A stretch of DNA of 64,000 nt, from positions 1-64,000 of IMG/VR virus record IMGVR_UViG_3300011013_000009; one strand, given 5' to 3'. Numbering within the stretch: the first letter of the stretch is position 1; each line of letters begins with the position of its first letter. Source of the DNA: a virus. The translations under genes and the position numbers were made by a program. Positions 25,984-36,073 of the stretch are shown in pieces. The notes under the pieces were generated by a model. It searched no databases and had not been told where the DNA came from. It saw only the letters and a program-made list of their open reading frames with translations.

Positions 25984-26133
25984 TTCGATTTCCTTATATC
26001 GTTAGTTTTATTTATAATAAATATAGAATAAAATACTTTTCATTATTTATTTGTATTCACAAAAAAATTCATTATATTAATAATAAATTGTCTATAGCAA
26101 TATTTATATATAGACCAAAAAAGAAAGGTAAAA

Positions 26134-26280
26134 ATGAAAGAAGTAATTAATTCATCATGGTTTAGAGCAGCATTAGCCGGAGGAGCTGGAGCTGCATTAA
26201 TGGTAACAGGTAACGTACTTTATGCAGGTATTGCATTTGGCGTTGGTGTTAGAGAATTGTTATTAGCATTCAAAAAATAG
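26134..26280 (+). CDS. small membrane protein (48 aa), possible holin
   Basis: By hand MKEVINSSWFRAALAGGAGAALMVTGNVLYAGIAFGVGVRELLLAFKK. Confidence 0.6.
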   Translation: MKEVINSSWFRAALAGGAGAALMVTGNVLYAGIAFGVGVRELLLAFKK

Positions 26281-26291
26281 AAAGTTATAAT

Positions 26292-26471
26292 ATGTCAAAA
26301 TTACGTTATAAAGAAAAAATCACAGATGACATTGTTGATGCAAGAGAAATCATTCGAATGGTTGGTCGTGGAATTGAAAATGGAAACATTGATCCACAAT
26401 CTGCTATGATAAATTTAGCTGAAGCTATTCGGAAGTTGGAAAATGCAAAATCATTTGTTGATCGTGAATGA
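26292..26471 (+). CDS. small hypothetical protein (59 aa)
   Basis: By hand MSKLRYKEKITDDIVDARE...; ATGA overlap with next gene. Confidence 0.65.
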   Translation: MSKLRYKEKITDDIVDAREIIRMVGRGIENGNIDPQSAMINLAEAIRKLENAKSFVDRE

Positions 26472-27466
26472 AAAAAGTTTTCCCATACATTGTATTGTTA
26501 GCGGCATTATGTTTAGCAACTAGTGCCGCTTACTACAGCGTATTCGGACTTAGCAAATTATTTTCCGCACAAACATTAGCTATTATTATAATGGCAGGTA
26601 CATTAGAGGTTTCAAAATTAATCACTGCTACTTATTTACACCGTTATTGGAAAAAATTAAATATACTTATTAAAATGTATTTAACTACGGCTGTTGTCGT
26701 ATTAATGTTTATTACATCTATAGGTATATATGGATTTTTGGTATCTGCATATCAAACAACCGCAGACCAATTAACTATAATAGATAAACAAATTGCAGTT
26801 ATAGAATTAAAGAAAGAAAGATTTAATGACCAATTAACTAGTTATAGTGCTGAAAAAGAACAGCTAGGAGAATCTATATCCGAACTATCAAAAGGATTAT
26901 CAAATAATGTAGTTCAATATAAGGATAAAGAATCTGGTAAAATTATAACTACTACATCTTCTTCTACAAGGAGAGTTTTAAATGATCAATTAGATGATTT
27001 TAAAGAACAAAGAAATAATATATCAATAAAAATAGAATCAATGACAGATTCAATAACAAAATTAGATTTACAAGTATTAGATATAGAATCAAATAGTGAG
27101 GCATCTGCAGAGATAGGCCCACTAAAATATCTATCAGAATTATTAGATAAACCCATGGACGAAATAGTTAATTGGTTTATATTAATTTTTATATTTGTAT
27201 TTGACCCATTAGCAATCATATTATTAGTATCAGCAAACAAAGCATTTGATATAGTAAATGAAACAAAATATAAATTATATGAAAAACAAGATGTTCAATG
27301 TTCCATTCCAGATGGATATGAATATAATACACCATACCCAATACCGGAGGAAATATTAAATGCCGAGGATAATCAAGAAGAAAATGTCGATTCCGTTCCG
27401 GAAGAGAAAACAGAGGTTAAAAAGAAAAAGAAACGTTTTAGGACAAATACAAAAGTTATATCATGA
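26468..27466 (+). CDS. multi-TM membrane protein with long coiled coil
   Basis: 3 N-terminal TM helices, coiled coil, EIGPLKYL, IFVFDPLAIILL. Confidence 0.8.
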   Translation: MKKVFPYIVLLAALCLATSAAYYSVFGLSKLFSAQTLAIIIMAGTLEVSKLITATYLHRYWKKLNILIKMYLTTAVVVLMFITSIGIYGFLVSAYQTTADQLTIIDKQIAVIELKKERFNDQLTSYSAEKEQLGESISELSKGLSNNVVQYKDKESGKIITTTSSSTRRVLNDQLDDFKEQRNNISIKIESMTDSITKLDLQVLDIESNSEASAEIGPLKYLSELLDKPMDEIVNWFILIFIFVFDPLAIILLVSANKAFDIVNETKYKLYEKQDVQCSIPDGYEYNTPYPIPEEILNAEDNQEENVDSVPEEKTEVKKKKKRFRTNTKVIS

Positions 27467-27624
27467 AAAAAGCAAAAACAAAAACAAGAGGGAATTATAA
27501 AAAAATGGCTTGTAAATATTGTGAGTCAATTGTTGAGCGAGTAGATTCGAACTCTGTCGCAGTTACATGTTCAAAATGTACTTTCAAATTATGTGAAGGT
27601 ATTGATTTGGATAGTTCCGAATAA
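27463..27624 (+). CDS. small zinc-finger protein (53 aa)
   Basis: By hand CKYC...VTCSKC. Confidence 0.6.
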   Translation: MKKAKTKTRGNYKKMACKYCESIVERVDSNSVAVTCSKCTFKLCEGIDLDSSE

Positions 27625-27648
27625 TTTATTATATTATATATAAAAAAT

Positions 27649-28425
27649 ATGTTAGAAGCAGAGAAAATTAAATTAAACTGGGATATATACAGAGATCGTG
27701 TTAATTCATTATTTCCGGATAGAGCAGTACAATTAAATAAATTATATGATGATTATGAAGATAGAATTATAATGATGCCAGCATCTTCTGTCGCTCATTT
27801 TCATAATGCATTTGCCGGAGGATATATTGATCATATACTTCGTGTTATGGATTGTGCAGAAAAATTATATGAATCATGGAAAGATATGGGAGCTGATATG
27901 TCAGGCTATACAGTCCATGAAATGTTATTTGCTGCAATGCATCACGATTTAGGCAAATGTGGATTTCCAGGAGATGGAAATGAAGTATACCAAGTAGAAA
28001 CTTCAGATTGGCATAGAAAAAATATGGGAAGGATGTATAAGCATAATGAAAACATTCCTTTTACAATGGTACCTGATTTATCAATATTTTTATTACACAA
28101 ATATCAAGTTCCGATGTCTTGGAATGAATATCAAGCTATCAAAATACATGATGGTGTTTATGATGAAGCAAATAAACCATATTTTATTTCTAGGTCAGCA
28201 CAATCAAAATTAAAAACTAATTTACCATTGTTATTACACCATGCAGATCATATGGCATCGCAGATAGAATATGAACAATGGAGAAACGCAAAAAATAATT
28301 CACCAAAACCAGTAGCACCAAAATCAAAAGCTACTAAATCAACCGCACTTAAAAATTTAGCAGAAAAAAATCCAACTATGGATAAGTCTATCTCTGATAT
28401 TTTTAGCACGTTTAACGAAGGATAA
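27649..28425 (+). CDS. HD-domain phosphohydrolase (YhaM-like)
   Basis: PASSVAHFHNAFAGGYIDH, HHDLGK, IHDG, LHHADH. Confidence 0.85.
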   Translation: MLEAEKIKLNWDIYRDRVNSLFPDRAVQLNKLYDDYEDRIIMMPASSVAHFHNAFAGGYIDHILRVMDCAEKLYESWKDMGADMSGYTVHEMLFAAMHHDLGKCGFPGDGNEVYQVETSDWHRKNMGRMYKHNENIPFTMVPDLSIFLLHKYQVPMSWNEYQAIKIHDGVYDEANKPYFISRSAQSKLKTNLPLLLHHADHMASQIEYEQWRNAKNNSPKPVAPKSKATKSTALKNLAEKNPTMDKSISDIFSTFNEG

Positions 28426-28426
28426 T

Positions 28427-28741
28427 ATGATTATATTCTTAATATCAATATCATCTGTACTATTAATAACGACTGTATATTTTATATATAGAGCATATGT
28501 ACTCGCAGGAGTATTAGCTGACGCTGAAGAATATATTAAAGATGTAGAAGACTTATCTACTTATATGTATCGACAAATAGATGCTTCATATGAAGAAATG
28601 AAGCGTGTCGATCATATGGGAGCATTTCATGAAGATGATGAAGCTGGAACTACATTTGCTATGTTAAAAGATGTAGTTGAAAAATTATATAAGGAATTTA
28701 ATGCCGAGAAAAAAGAAGCAGAGCAACAGGTATTGGACTAA
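28427..28741 (+). CDS. membrane-anchored hypothetical protein
   Basis: N-terminal TM; DHMGAFHEDDEAG motif. Confidence 0.7.
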   Translation: MIIFLISISSVLLITTVYFIYRAYVLAGVLADAEEYIKDVEDLSTYMYRQIDASYEEMKRVDHMGAFHEDDEAGTTFAMLKDVVEKLYKEFNAEKKEAEQQVLD

Positions 28742-29402
28742 CATTACCGAATGCTCAATATCTGCTTATAATCAATGTGCAGAAGAGCCAGTATTAAGGG
28801 AGCGAATATATAGAAGATTTATATTTCCTGCCTTTATGAAGCTAGCAGAAAATTTAATTAATAAAATGAAGTGTGAATATATAGATTCCACATTTCAAGA
28901 TCTACAAACAGATATAGTTACATATCTTACAGTTCGCCTAGACAAATTCAATCCAAATGCCGGAAGGGCATATTCATATTATACAAGAACTACATTTAAT
29001 TATTTAATCGCAGAAAATCAAAAAGGATATGCAAAATTAAAAAGAAAAGCAGAGCCTGTAGATATAGATGATAATAGAAATGTTCTAATTGAAATGCATA
29101 ATGATGAAATGCGAGAAACTTTAAAGTATTTTATGGACGCATATATTGAATATTGTTATAATAATTTAAATTTTATATTTACAAATGAATTAGATATACA
29201 TGTTGCTGATTCTATATTACATATTTTTTCAGAACGAGAAAATATAGAACAATATAATAAAAAAGCGTTATATGTTTTTATCCGTGAAAGAACCGGACTA
29301 CAAACAAACAATATAACAAGAGTTATAAAAGTACTTAAGGAAATTTATAACAACAAGTTTCTAGAATACGAACAAACAGAGTTCGTGAATTTGCCTTTTT
29401 AA
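28701..29402 (+). CDS. late-transcription sigma factor, T4 gp55-like
   Basis: Start at ATG 28701 (MPRKKK); KLAENLI, KFNPNAGRAYSYYT...NYLI resemble sigma region 2 of the gp55 family. Confidence 0.65.
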   Translation: MPRKKKQSNRYWTNITECSISAYNQCAEEPVLRERIYRRFIFPAFMKLAENLINKMKCEYIDSTFQDLQTDIVTYLTVRLDKFNPNAGRAYSYYTRTTFNYLIAENQKGYAKLKRKAEPVDIDDNRNVLIEMHNDEMRETLKYFMDAYIEYCYNNLNFIFTNELDIHVADSILHIFSERENIEQYNKKALYVFIRERTGLQTNNITRVIKVLKEIYNNKFLEYEQTEFVNLPF

Positions 29403-29426
29403 TATTTATTATTAAAAGGAACTACT

Positions 29427-29861
29427 ATGGACATAAAAGAAGAATTATTCAAAGGAACTAGCTTTGCTGACCTAATGTCCGATGTCTATCACAATTCAAA
29501 AAAGAAAGATAGACAAATAAATCAATTAATATCTCAATTACAACCACTAATACGTAATGCATCTGATGCTACTATAATAGTACCATTAATTAAAGAATAC
29601 CTGGATGTTGCGGTGAAGAACGATGATCATTTAGTCAAATTAACCGCTATAGTCCAACGTTATATATCCGCTACACAGACAATTTCCGGCGAATCTTCAT
29701 TATTAAGTGAAGAAGAAAAAATGCAATTATTAAAAGTTGCTGAAGAAACATTTGAGGACGAGTTATCAGATGAAATCAAAAAAATTGATGATGAAGATAA
29801 AGAGTTGAAAGAAAAAATTAAAAACGTTAAAGAATCGTTGGAGAAAAAAGATGCACGTTAA
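29427..29861 (+). CDS. helical hypothetical protein (small terminase candidate)
   Basis: ORF track; late promoter 29402; function is a guess. Confidence 0.5.
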   Translation: MDIKEELFKGTSFADLMSDVYHNSKKKDRQINQLISQLQPLIRNASDATIIVPLIKEYLDVAVKNDDHLVKLTAIVQRYISATQTISGESSLLSEEEKMQLLKVAEETFEDELSDEIKKIDDEDKELKEKIKNVKESLEKKDAR

Positions 29862-30864
29862 GTTTCATTTAGCGGAAGTAATTTCAAATAATAATATTGA
29901 TACGTATAAAAGAACTGAAATAGATAATTCAATTAATGATTTCTTTTTAATAACAGTACGTACATATGACGCTAATAGAACACAAGATATTGATTGTAGA
30001 CCAGCTAATCCAAATATAAAACAAATTCCTTTAATAGGAGAACATGTTTTAATATTTCAAGGAACAAATGAATTTAGTAATATCGATAAATTTAGACGCC
30101 AATGGTATTATCTTCCTGCATATTCTATACAATCAGCTATAAATGAAAATGCATTACCAGGAGTTGCTAAATTACGAGCAAGTGATATTAATCCATTACC
30201 AAGTCAAGATAATACTCCTATAGGTAATTCATTTAAACAAAAAGTTGTTTCTCCATTACAGCCATATGAAGGAGATACATTAATAGAAGGTCGTTTTAGT
30301 AATAGTATTAGATTAGGAAGTACAGTTACTGGTGGCGATTATACATTAATGCCATCTTGGGGCGGAAATGCTAATGGAGATCCAATTATAATATTATCAA
30401 ATAACCACACTGATTTACAAAATAAAAAATTTACAGTTGAAAATATAAAACAAGACGGATCTAGTTTATACTTAACATCGACGCAAACATTTCCAAATTT
30501 ACAATTGGATATTCCGCTAACAAAATCAACATCTGAGAGTCAATATAATTCGCCTCAAATAATTGGGAGTGCAGATAGAATTATATTACAAGCAAAAAAA
30601 GATATTATTGCATTAGATGCAAAAAAACGAGTAACTATTAATACGCCAAATTTACACATCGGAGATGAAACTGCGTGTGAAGCGATGGTGCATGGAGATG
30701 TATTATTGTCAATATTAATAGATATCCTCAATGTTTTATCGGCTGGAGGTATTGGTCCTAGTGGAATTCCAACTCAGCCTAAAGATTTAGCATCATTACA
30801 AAGCGCCCGAGAACAATTGCAGAATTTAAATAGTTCGAGATTTTTTATAAAAAGAGATAATTAA
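29851..30864 (+). CDS. baseplate hub/central spike protein (gp5/gpV-like)
   Basis: IPLIGEHVLIF OB-like motif; EGDTLIEGRFSNSIRLGS; upstream of gp25 and gp6. Confidence 0.6.
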   Translation: MHVKFHLAEVISNNNIDTYKRTEIDNSINDFFLITVRTYDANRTQDIDCRPANPNIKQIPLIGEHVLIFQGTNEFSNIDKFRRQWYYLPAYSIQSAINENALPGVAKLRASDINPLPSQDNTPIGNSFKQKVVSPLQPYEGDTLIEGRFSNSIRLGSTVTGGDYTLMPSWGGNANGDPIIILSNNHTDLQNKKFTVENIKQDGSSLYLTSTQTFPNLQLDIPLTKSTSESQYNSPQIIGSADRIILQAKKDIIALDAKKRVTINTPNLHIGDETACEAMVHGDVLLSILIDILNVLSAGGIGPSGIPTQPKDLASLQSAREQLQNLNSSRFFIKRDN

Positions 30865-30875
30865 AAGGAGTTATT

Positions 30876-31772
30876 ATGGCAGTATCACCACCATTAGATA
30901 TTATACCAGGCTTACCAGCTAAAGGAGTTGCAGAATTAAATAAATTGTCTAGTAAATTAATAAAACAAATTGCTGGCAAAGTTGGGGAAACTTTACAAGA
31001 TGCAATACAATTACCTGACAATATTAAATGTGATGATCCTAGGATTGAAGATATTAAACAAAAAATACAAGAAGCTCAAGAGCTAATTGCAAATTTGCAA
31101 GATGTTATTGCTACTATACAAAAAGTAGCTACGGCTGTACAACAAGCGGCTGCAATCGCAGCTGCAATTAAATCTTCGATTTTTTTACTGCCTCCACCAA
31201 TTGGCACTGCTGCGTTACAAGCTGAGTTAGTAGAAGTACAAAACATGACAATTGCAAATGCTATTGAAGCAGTAAAACAATTAAATATAATACCAGAATC
31301 ATTAAATGCAGGAATGGGACTAATTAATAGTCAATTAGCTAATATTATTGGACAGTTAGGATCTATTTGTAATAATGAATCATTTGCTGTTTCAGATGAA
31401 GTGGCAGCTAATTTAGATCAACAAGGAGATGGTAATACTATTGGAGGTGGTGAATATAACAACCCAGACGGAATCGGGTGGGGAACTGCAGAGAGTAGAG
31501 TAGATGATGCTACACTTGGTACTGAATTTTATACTGACATTAATGTATCAAAAGATGATTTGCAACAATATGTTTCTGCGGCGGAGAAATTAGTATTAAA
31601 TCAACAAAATTTATTAACATCGATAAAAGAAGCGCCTGCACAATCATATAATGGAACTACTCCTCCTTTAAGGGTATTAGGGAAGCCAGGGGATTACTAT
31701 ATCGACACTGCTGCTAAAAAAATGTATGGGCCTAAAACAAGTGATGGATGGCCAAGCCCCGTAAATTATTAA
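30876..31772 (+). CDS. putative virion structural protein
   Basis: Baseplate module; C-terminal GKPGDYYIDT...YGPKT. Confidence 0.6.
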   Translation: MAVSPPLDIIPGLPAKGVAELNKLSSKLIKQIAGKVGETLQDAIQLPDNIKCDDPRIEDIKQKIQEAQELIANLQDVIATIQKVATAVQQAAAIAAAIKSSIFLLPPPIGTAALQAELVEVQNMTIANAIEAVKQLNIIPESLNAGMGLINSQLANIIGQLGSICNNESFAVSDEVAANLDQQGDGNTIGGGEYNNPDGIGWGTAESRVDDATLGTEFYTDINVSKDDLQQYVSAAEKLVLNQQNLLTSIKEAPAQSYNGTTPPLRVLGKPGDYYIDTAAKKMYGPKTSDGWPSPVNY

Positions 31773-31801
31773 TTGTAATATTTATATAAAAGAAGAAAAT
31801 T

Positions 31802-32278
31802 ATGGACACAAAAAAATTTATTCAAACATTAAGAAAAGTAGTACAAGAAGAAGTAAGATCGGTTATTAAACAAGAATTAACTGAAATTTTACAAGAAGGA
31901 CTACAACCAACTATTTCTGAGTTACAAACGACAAAACAACCAATTCAAGAACAAGTTTCAGGACCTAAATACCCAACCACAACAAAGAAAAATAAAGTTA
32001 AATTTAAGAAAACTAAATATTCTGATATTTTAAATGAAACGAATTCTTTAAGAGAACAAACAACTGCAGGAGATTATGCTTCAATGATGAATGAAGATAT
32101 TGTCATGACGTCAAAAGATGCAGTTGGGTTTGGAATGCAACGAAATGGTTCTGCTCTAGCAACTATGGTCGACCCAGAAACTGGGAAGAATATGAAAGTA
32201 GATAGTGTTGTAGCAGATGCGATAACAAAAGACTATTCAGCTTTAATGAAAGCAATTGACAAGAAAAAAGGTAAATAA
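31802..32278 (+). CDS. hypothetical protein
   Basis: ORF track; late promoter 31778. Confidence 0.7.
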   Translation: MDTKKFIQTLRKVVQEEVRSVIKQELTEILQEGLQPTISELQTTKQPIQEQVSGPKYPTTTKKNKVKFKKTKYSDILNETNSLREQTTAGDYASMMNEDIVMTSKDAVGFGMQRNGSALATMVDPETGKNMKVDSVVADAITKDYSALMKAIDKKKGK

Positions 32279-32721
32279 TGGCATATCAAATTGTTGGTGT
32301 TGATATTAATGATATAGCTCCAAATAGTGCAATTGGAGTTAAATTTCCATTTAATGCCCAAGGCGTTTTTACTAAAACATATACAACATTAGAACAAGCT
32401 AGTACTAATGTTAGAAGTTTATTATTAACAAGAAAAGGAGAGCGTTATATACAACCAACATTTGGCACTGATTTACTAAACATTTTATTCCAGCCGAATA
32501 TTAATGAATTAAAAGATTTAGTTTCATCTACAATAACCGATGCTATAACGTATTGGTTACCTTATATTATTATTAATACATTAGAAATTGTTACGCAAGA
32601 AGATGATCCTACTTTAATACATGATATAAAAATATCAATTAAATTTACAACAGCCGGGGTTGGTGCAGAAGAAACTATTACTATTTTTGCTGGAGAAAAT
32701 GGTGTATTGCGAGTAGAATAA
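32278..32721 (+). CDS. baseplate wedge/sheath initiator, GPW/gp25 family
   Basis: NVRSLLLTRKGERYIQPTFGTDL...LF, YWLPYI. Confidence 0.9.
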   Translation: MAYQIVGVDINDIAPNSAIGVKFPFNAQGVFTKTYTTLEQASTNVRSLLLTRKGERYIQPTFGTDLLNILFQPNINELKDLVSSTITDAITYWLPYIIINTLEIVTQEDDPTLIHDIKISIKFTTAGVGAEETITIFAGENGVLRVE

Positions 32722-32736
32722 TAGAAAGCATAACAA

Positions 32737-34617
32737 ATGGAAATACAAAAAGATGTATCATATTTAGGAAAAGATTTTGGTCAATTTCGTAAAAACTTAA
32801 TTGACTTTACAAAGCAATACTTTCCTAATGATTACAATGATTTTAATGAATCGTCGCCAGGTATGTTGTTCATGGAAATGGCTTCATATGTTGGTGATGT
32901 ATTAAGTTATTATGCTGATACAAATTTAAAAGAGTCGTTATTAGAACAAGCATCAGAACGACAAAATATATATGATATTGCAAAATCATTAGGATATACT
33001 CCAAAAAATGCAATACCAGCTTATACAAATCTAGATGTATTCCAATTGGTTCCTGCTATTGGTTCCGGCGACAATGTAAGTCCAGATTATAATTATGCAT
33101 TATCGATAAAACCAGGAATTCGTGTTAAACAAAATAATGGATCAGCTGAATTTAGAACATTAGATGCTGTTGATTTTGAGTTTTCGTCGTCAATTAATCC
33201 AACAGAAGTTACGGTATATGAAAGTGATGATACTACAAAACAGCCAACGTATTATTTACTAAAGAAAACAGTACAAGCCGTATCTGGTGAAACTAAAACA
33301 GCTACATTTTCATTTACTTCTCCTAAAGCATATGATAAAATCGTTTTACCTGAAACAAATGTTATTGATATTATTTCAATTGAAGAATCTGATGGTGATA
33401 ATTGGTATCATGTTCCATATCTAGCACAAGATACTATATTTGAACCGGTACCAAATTTATTAGAGAATGATCCTGATTTTGTTCAATATCGAGATTCTAG
33501 TCCTAGTTTATTAAAATTAAGAAAAACTGCTAAAAGATTTGTAACTAGATTAAGGAGTGATAATAAATTAGAAATACAATTTGGAGCAGGTATATCTGAT
33601 AATAATGACGAAGAAATTATACCAAATCCAGATAATGTAGGAAATGGGTTAGCTGGGTTTAGAAGGCCAATTGACGTAGATATTGACCCTTCTAATTTTT
33701 TATATACTAGAGCATATGGACAAGTACCAGCAAATACAACGTTAACTGTTACATATACAGTTGGTGGCGGAGTTTCTGATAACGTTCAATCTGGTGTATT
33801 AACAAATATCGATTTTATAGATTATAATGATGATCCAAATTCTAGTAATAATGTGTCTACAGTTAGATTTATAAAATCAACAGTTGCTGTTAATAATACA
33901 AATCCAGCTAATGGCGCAAAAACAGCTGATACGTTGCAAGATATTAAAAATAATACTTTAGGAAATTTTGCTACTCAAAATCGGTTAGTAACAAGAGACG
34001 ATTATATTATAAGATGTTATTCAATGCCGGCTAGATTCGGGAGCGTTTCAAAAGCATATATTGTTCCTGATGATCAAATTGCTCAAAGTGACTTAGAAGA
34101 AACTATAGTAGCAAATCCATTAGCAATGAATTTATATACATTAGGTTTTAATTCACAAAAACAATTAACTCCATTAAATGATGCTATTAAAACAAATTTA
34201 AAAAATTATTTAGGTTATTATAGAATTTTAACAGATGCTATAAATATTAAAGATGCATTTATAATTAATATGGGTGTTGAATTTGAAATAACTGTTTTAT
34301 CTAATTTTAATTCCAATGAAGTATTATTACAATGCATTGATACTGTTAAAAGTTATTTTGATGTAGATAAATGGCAAATAAACCAACCTATTATTAAAAC
34401 CGAATTATTAAATACTATTGCAAATGTACAAGGAGTACAAAGTGTTGTAGGAGTTATATTTAATAATTTATATAATACCGACCAAAATTATTCTGGAAAT
34501 GTTTATGATTTAGAAGGTGCAACGAGACAAGGTATTATTTATCCTTCATTAGATCCAAGTATATTTGAAGTTAAATTTCCAAATCAAGATATAAAAGGAA
34601 GAGTAGTTAACTATTAA
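32737..34617 (+). CDS. baseplate wedge subunit, T4 gp6-like
   Basis: DFNESSPGMLFMEMASYVGDVLSYYAD, AKSLGY, IQFGAG, QNRLVTRDDY. Confidence 0.88.
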   Translation: MEIQKDVSYLGKDFGQFRKNLIDFTKQYFPNDYNDFNESSPGMLFMEMASYVGDVLSYYADTNLKESLLEQASERQNIYDIAKSLGYTPKNAIPAYTNLDVFQLVPAIGSGDNVSPDYNYALSIKPGIRVKQNNGSAEFRTLDAVDFEFSSSINPTEVTVYESDDTTKQPTYYLLKKTVQAVSGETKTATFSFTSPKAYDKIVLPETNVIDIISIEESDGDNWYHVPYLAQDTIFEPVPNLLENDPDFVQYRDSSPSLLKLRKTAKRFVTRLRSDNKLEIQFGAGISDNNDEEIIPNPDNVGNGLAGFRRPIDVDIDPSNFLYTRAYGQVPANTTLTVTYTVGGGVSDNVQSGVLTNIDFIDYNDDPNSSNNVSTVRFIKSTVAVNNTNPANGAKTADTLQDIKNNTLGNFATQNRLVTRDDYIIRCYSMPARFGSVSKAYIVPDDQIAQSDLEETIVANPLAMNLYTLGFNSQKQLTPLNDAIKTNLKNYLGYYRILTDAINIKDAFIINMGVEFEITVLSNFNSNEVLLQCIDTVKSYFDVDKWQINQPIIKTELLNTIANVQGVQSVVGVIFNNLYNTDQNYSGNVYDLEGATRQGIIYPSLDPSIFEVKFPNQDIKGRVVNY

Positions 34618-34625
34618 GGACAATT

Positions 34626-36068
34626 ATGTTTAAAATAATATATCCACAATCAGATGCAACATTATATGAATCATCGCCAACAACTAATACTGGATTAGAT
34701 GAAATATTAGAAGTTGGTAAACGACTATCAACAGCTGGCGATAGCTATTTAAAATCTAGATCTGTTATTAAATTTGATATGGCCGACGTAACATCTGCTT
34801 TAACAAAATATGGAGTTAGTTTAGATGATTGTAAATTTGTGTTACAGTTATATACTACTAATGCAAAAAATTTACCAGCTGATTATACAATTGATGCTAA
34901 GTTAGTGGGGGATGATTGGACTAATGGAACTGGTCAGCAATATGATAATACAATTGTAAAGGATGGCATAACCTGGGATAATCCTAAATCAGGATCTTTC
35001 TATTGGACATCAGGAAGTCAGTATGTACAGGTACCATCTGGTGGTGGCAGTTTAGTAAAATTAACGAGTGTTGGCTCATTTAATATTACAGGCAGTACTG
35101 CGGGAACTTATATTGTTAGTTCCTCGAATACTAATGTTACTGCTTCTATAACATTAACATCTACATCTAGTTTTGGGTCTGCTACAATAGTTGCAGCGAC
35201 TGGATCGTTTAATGTATCAGACACCGTTGTATTTACTTCACAATCATTAGGTGCTACCACATCCGGCGGAACTGATATGACATTTACTTTAGTTGATGTT
35301 GATTTTCGTAATGCAAGTAGCATTTATATAAGTGGATCTGGTGTTGGTGGTAGTTGGCTATATCAATCTGGGTCTGGAATATATAGTGGTAGTTTAACAT
35401 TTTATTCTCAATCATTCTTTACACAACCAGGATTAGATTTATCCGAAGATTTTAATTATAGACCAACTGATTTAAATATTGATGTTACCGGAGCGGTGAA
35501 AACGTGGATAAGTGGTTCGGGAGGATTTACTATTCCAAATTATGGATTTTTATTACAATTTTCTGATGCAGATGAAGCAGATGTTTCAAAAACTGGATAC
35601 GTAAGATTCTTTAGTAGGGAAACCCACACTGTATATGTTCCTAGATTAACAATGTATTTTGATAAATCTAGTTTTGCTACAGGATCTTTGTCAGCAATGG
35701 ATTTAGATTCATATACAGTATACACAAAACTTAAAAAAGAATATAAAGATTCTGAAGTATCTAAACTTAGAATTTATGCTCGTGATAAATACCCACAAAA
35801 ATCACCAACTAATTTATTTCCAATGACAACCGTAAAATATTTGCCTAGCAATACTTTATATACATTGAAAGATGCGGCTACAGACGAAACGATAATTCCA
35901 TATGATAATATTTATACTAAAGTAAGTTGCGATAGTACAAGTAATTATGTGTATATGGACATGACTGGTTTAATGCCAGAGCGTTACTATCGTTTAGAGT
36001 TTAAAGTCGTAGATGGCTTTGTAGAAGAATATATAGAAGATGACTTCTATTTTAAAGTAGTTAGGTAA
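34626..36068 (+). CDS. virion structural (baseplate/tail) protein with S/T-rich insert
   Basis: DATLYE...NTGLDEILEV, RSVIKFD, NYGFLL, FFSRETHTVYVPRL (DNRLRE-like). Confidence 0.65.
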   Translation: MFKIIYPQSDATLYESSPTTNTGLDEILEVGKRLSTAGDSYLKSRSVIKFDMADVTSALTKYGVSLDDCKFVLQLYTTNAKNLPADYTIDAKLVGDDWTNGTGQQYDNTIVKDGITWDNPKSGSFYWTSGSQYVQVPSGGGSLVKLTSVGSFNITGSTAGTYIVSSSNTNVTASITLTSTSSFGSATIVAATGSFNVSDTVVFTSQSLGATTSGGTDMTFTLVDVDFRNASSIYISGSGVGGSWLYQSGSGIYSGSLTFYSQSFFTQPGLDLSEDFNYRPTDLNIDVTGAVKTWISGSGGFTIPNYGFLLQFSDADEADVSKTGYVRFFSRETHTVYVPRLTMYFDKSSFATGSLSAMDLDSYTVYTKLKKEYKDSEVSKLRIYARDKYPQKSPTNLFPMTTVKYLPSNTLYTLKDAATDETIIPYDNIYTKVSCDSTSNYVYMDMTGLMPERYYRLEFKVVDGFVEEYIEDDFYFKVVR

Positions 36069-36073
36069 ATAAT

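Noticed and set aside
789-28700. ORF-track starts at 789, 20328, 22850 and 28677
   Set aside because: Downstream ATGs (828, 20403, 22931, 28701) fit the repeat, coupling or leader patterns and reduce overlaps.
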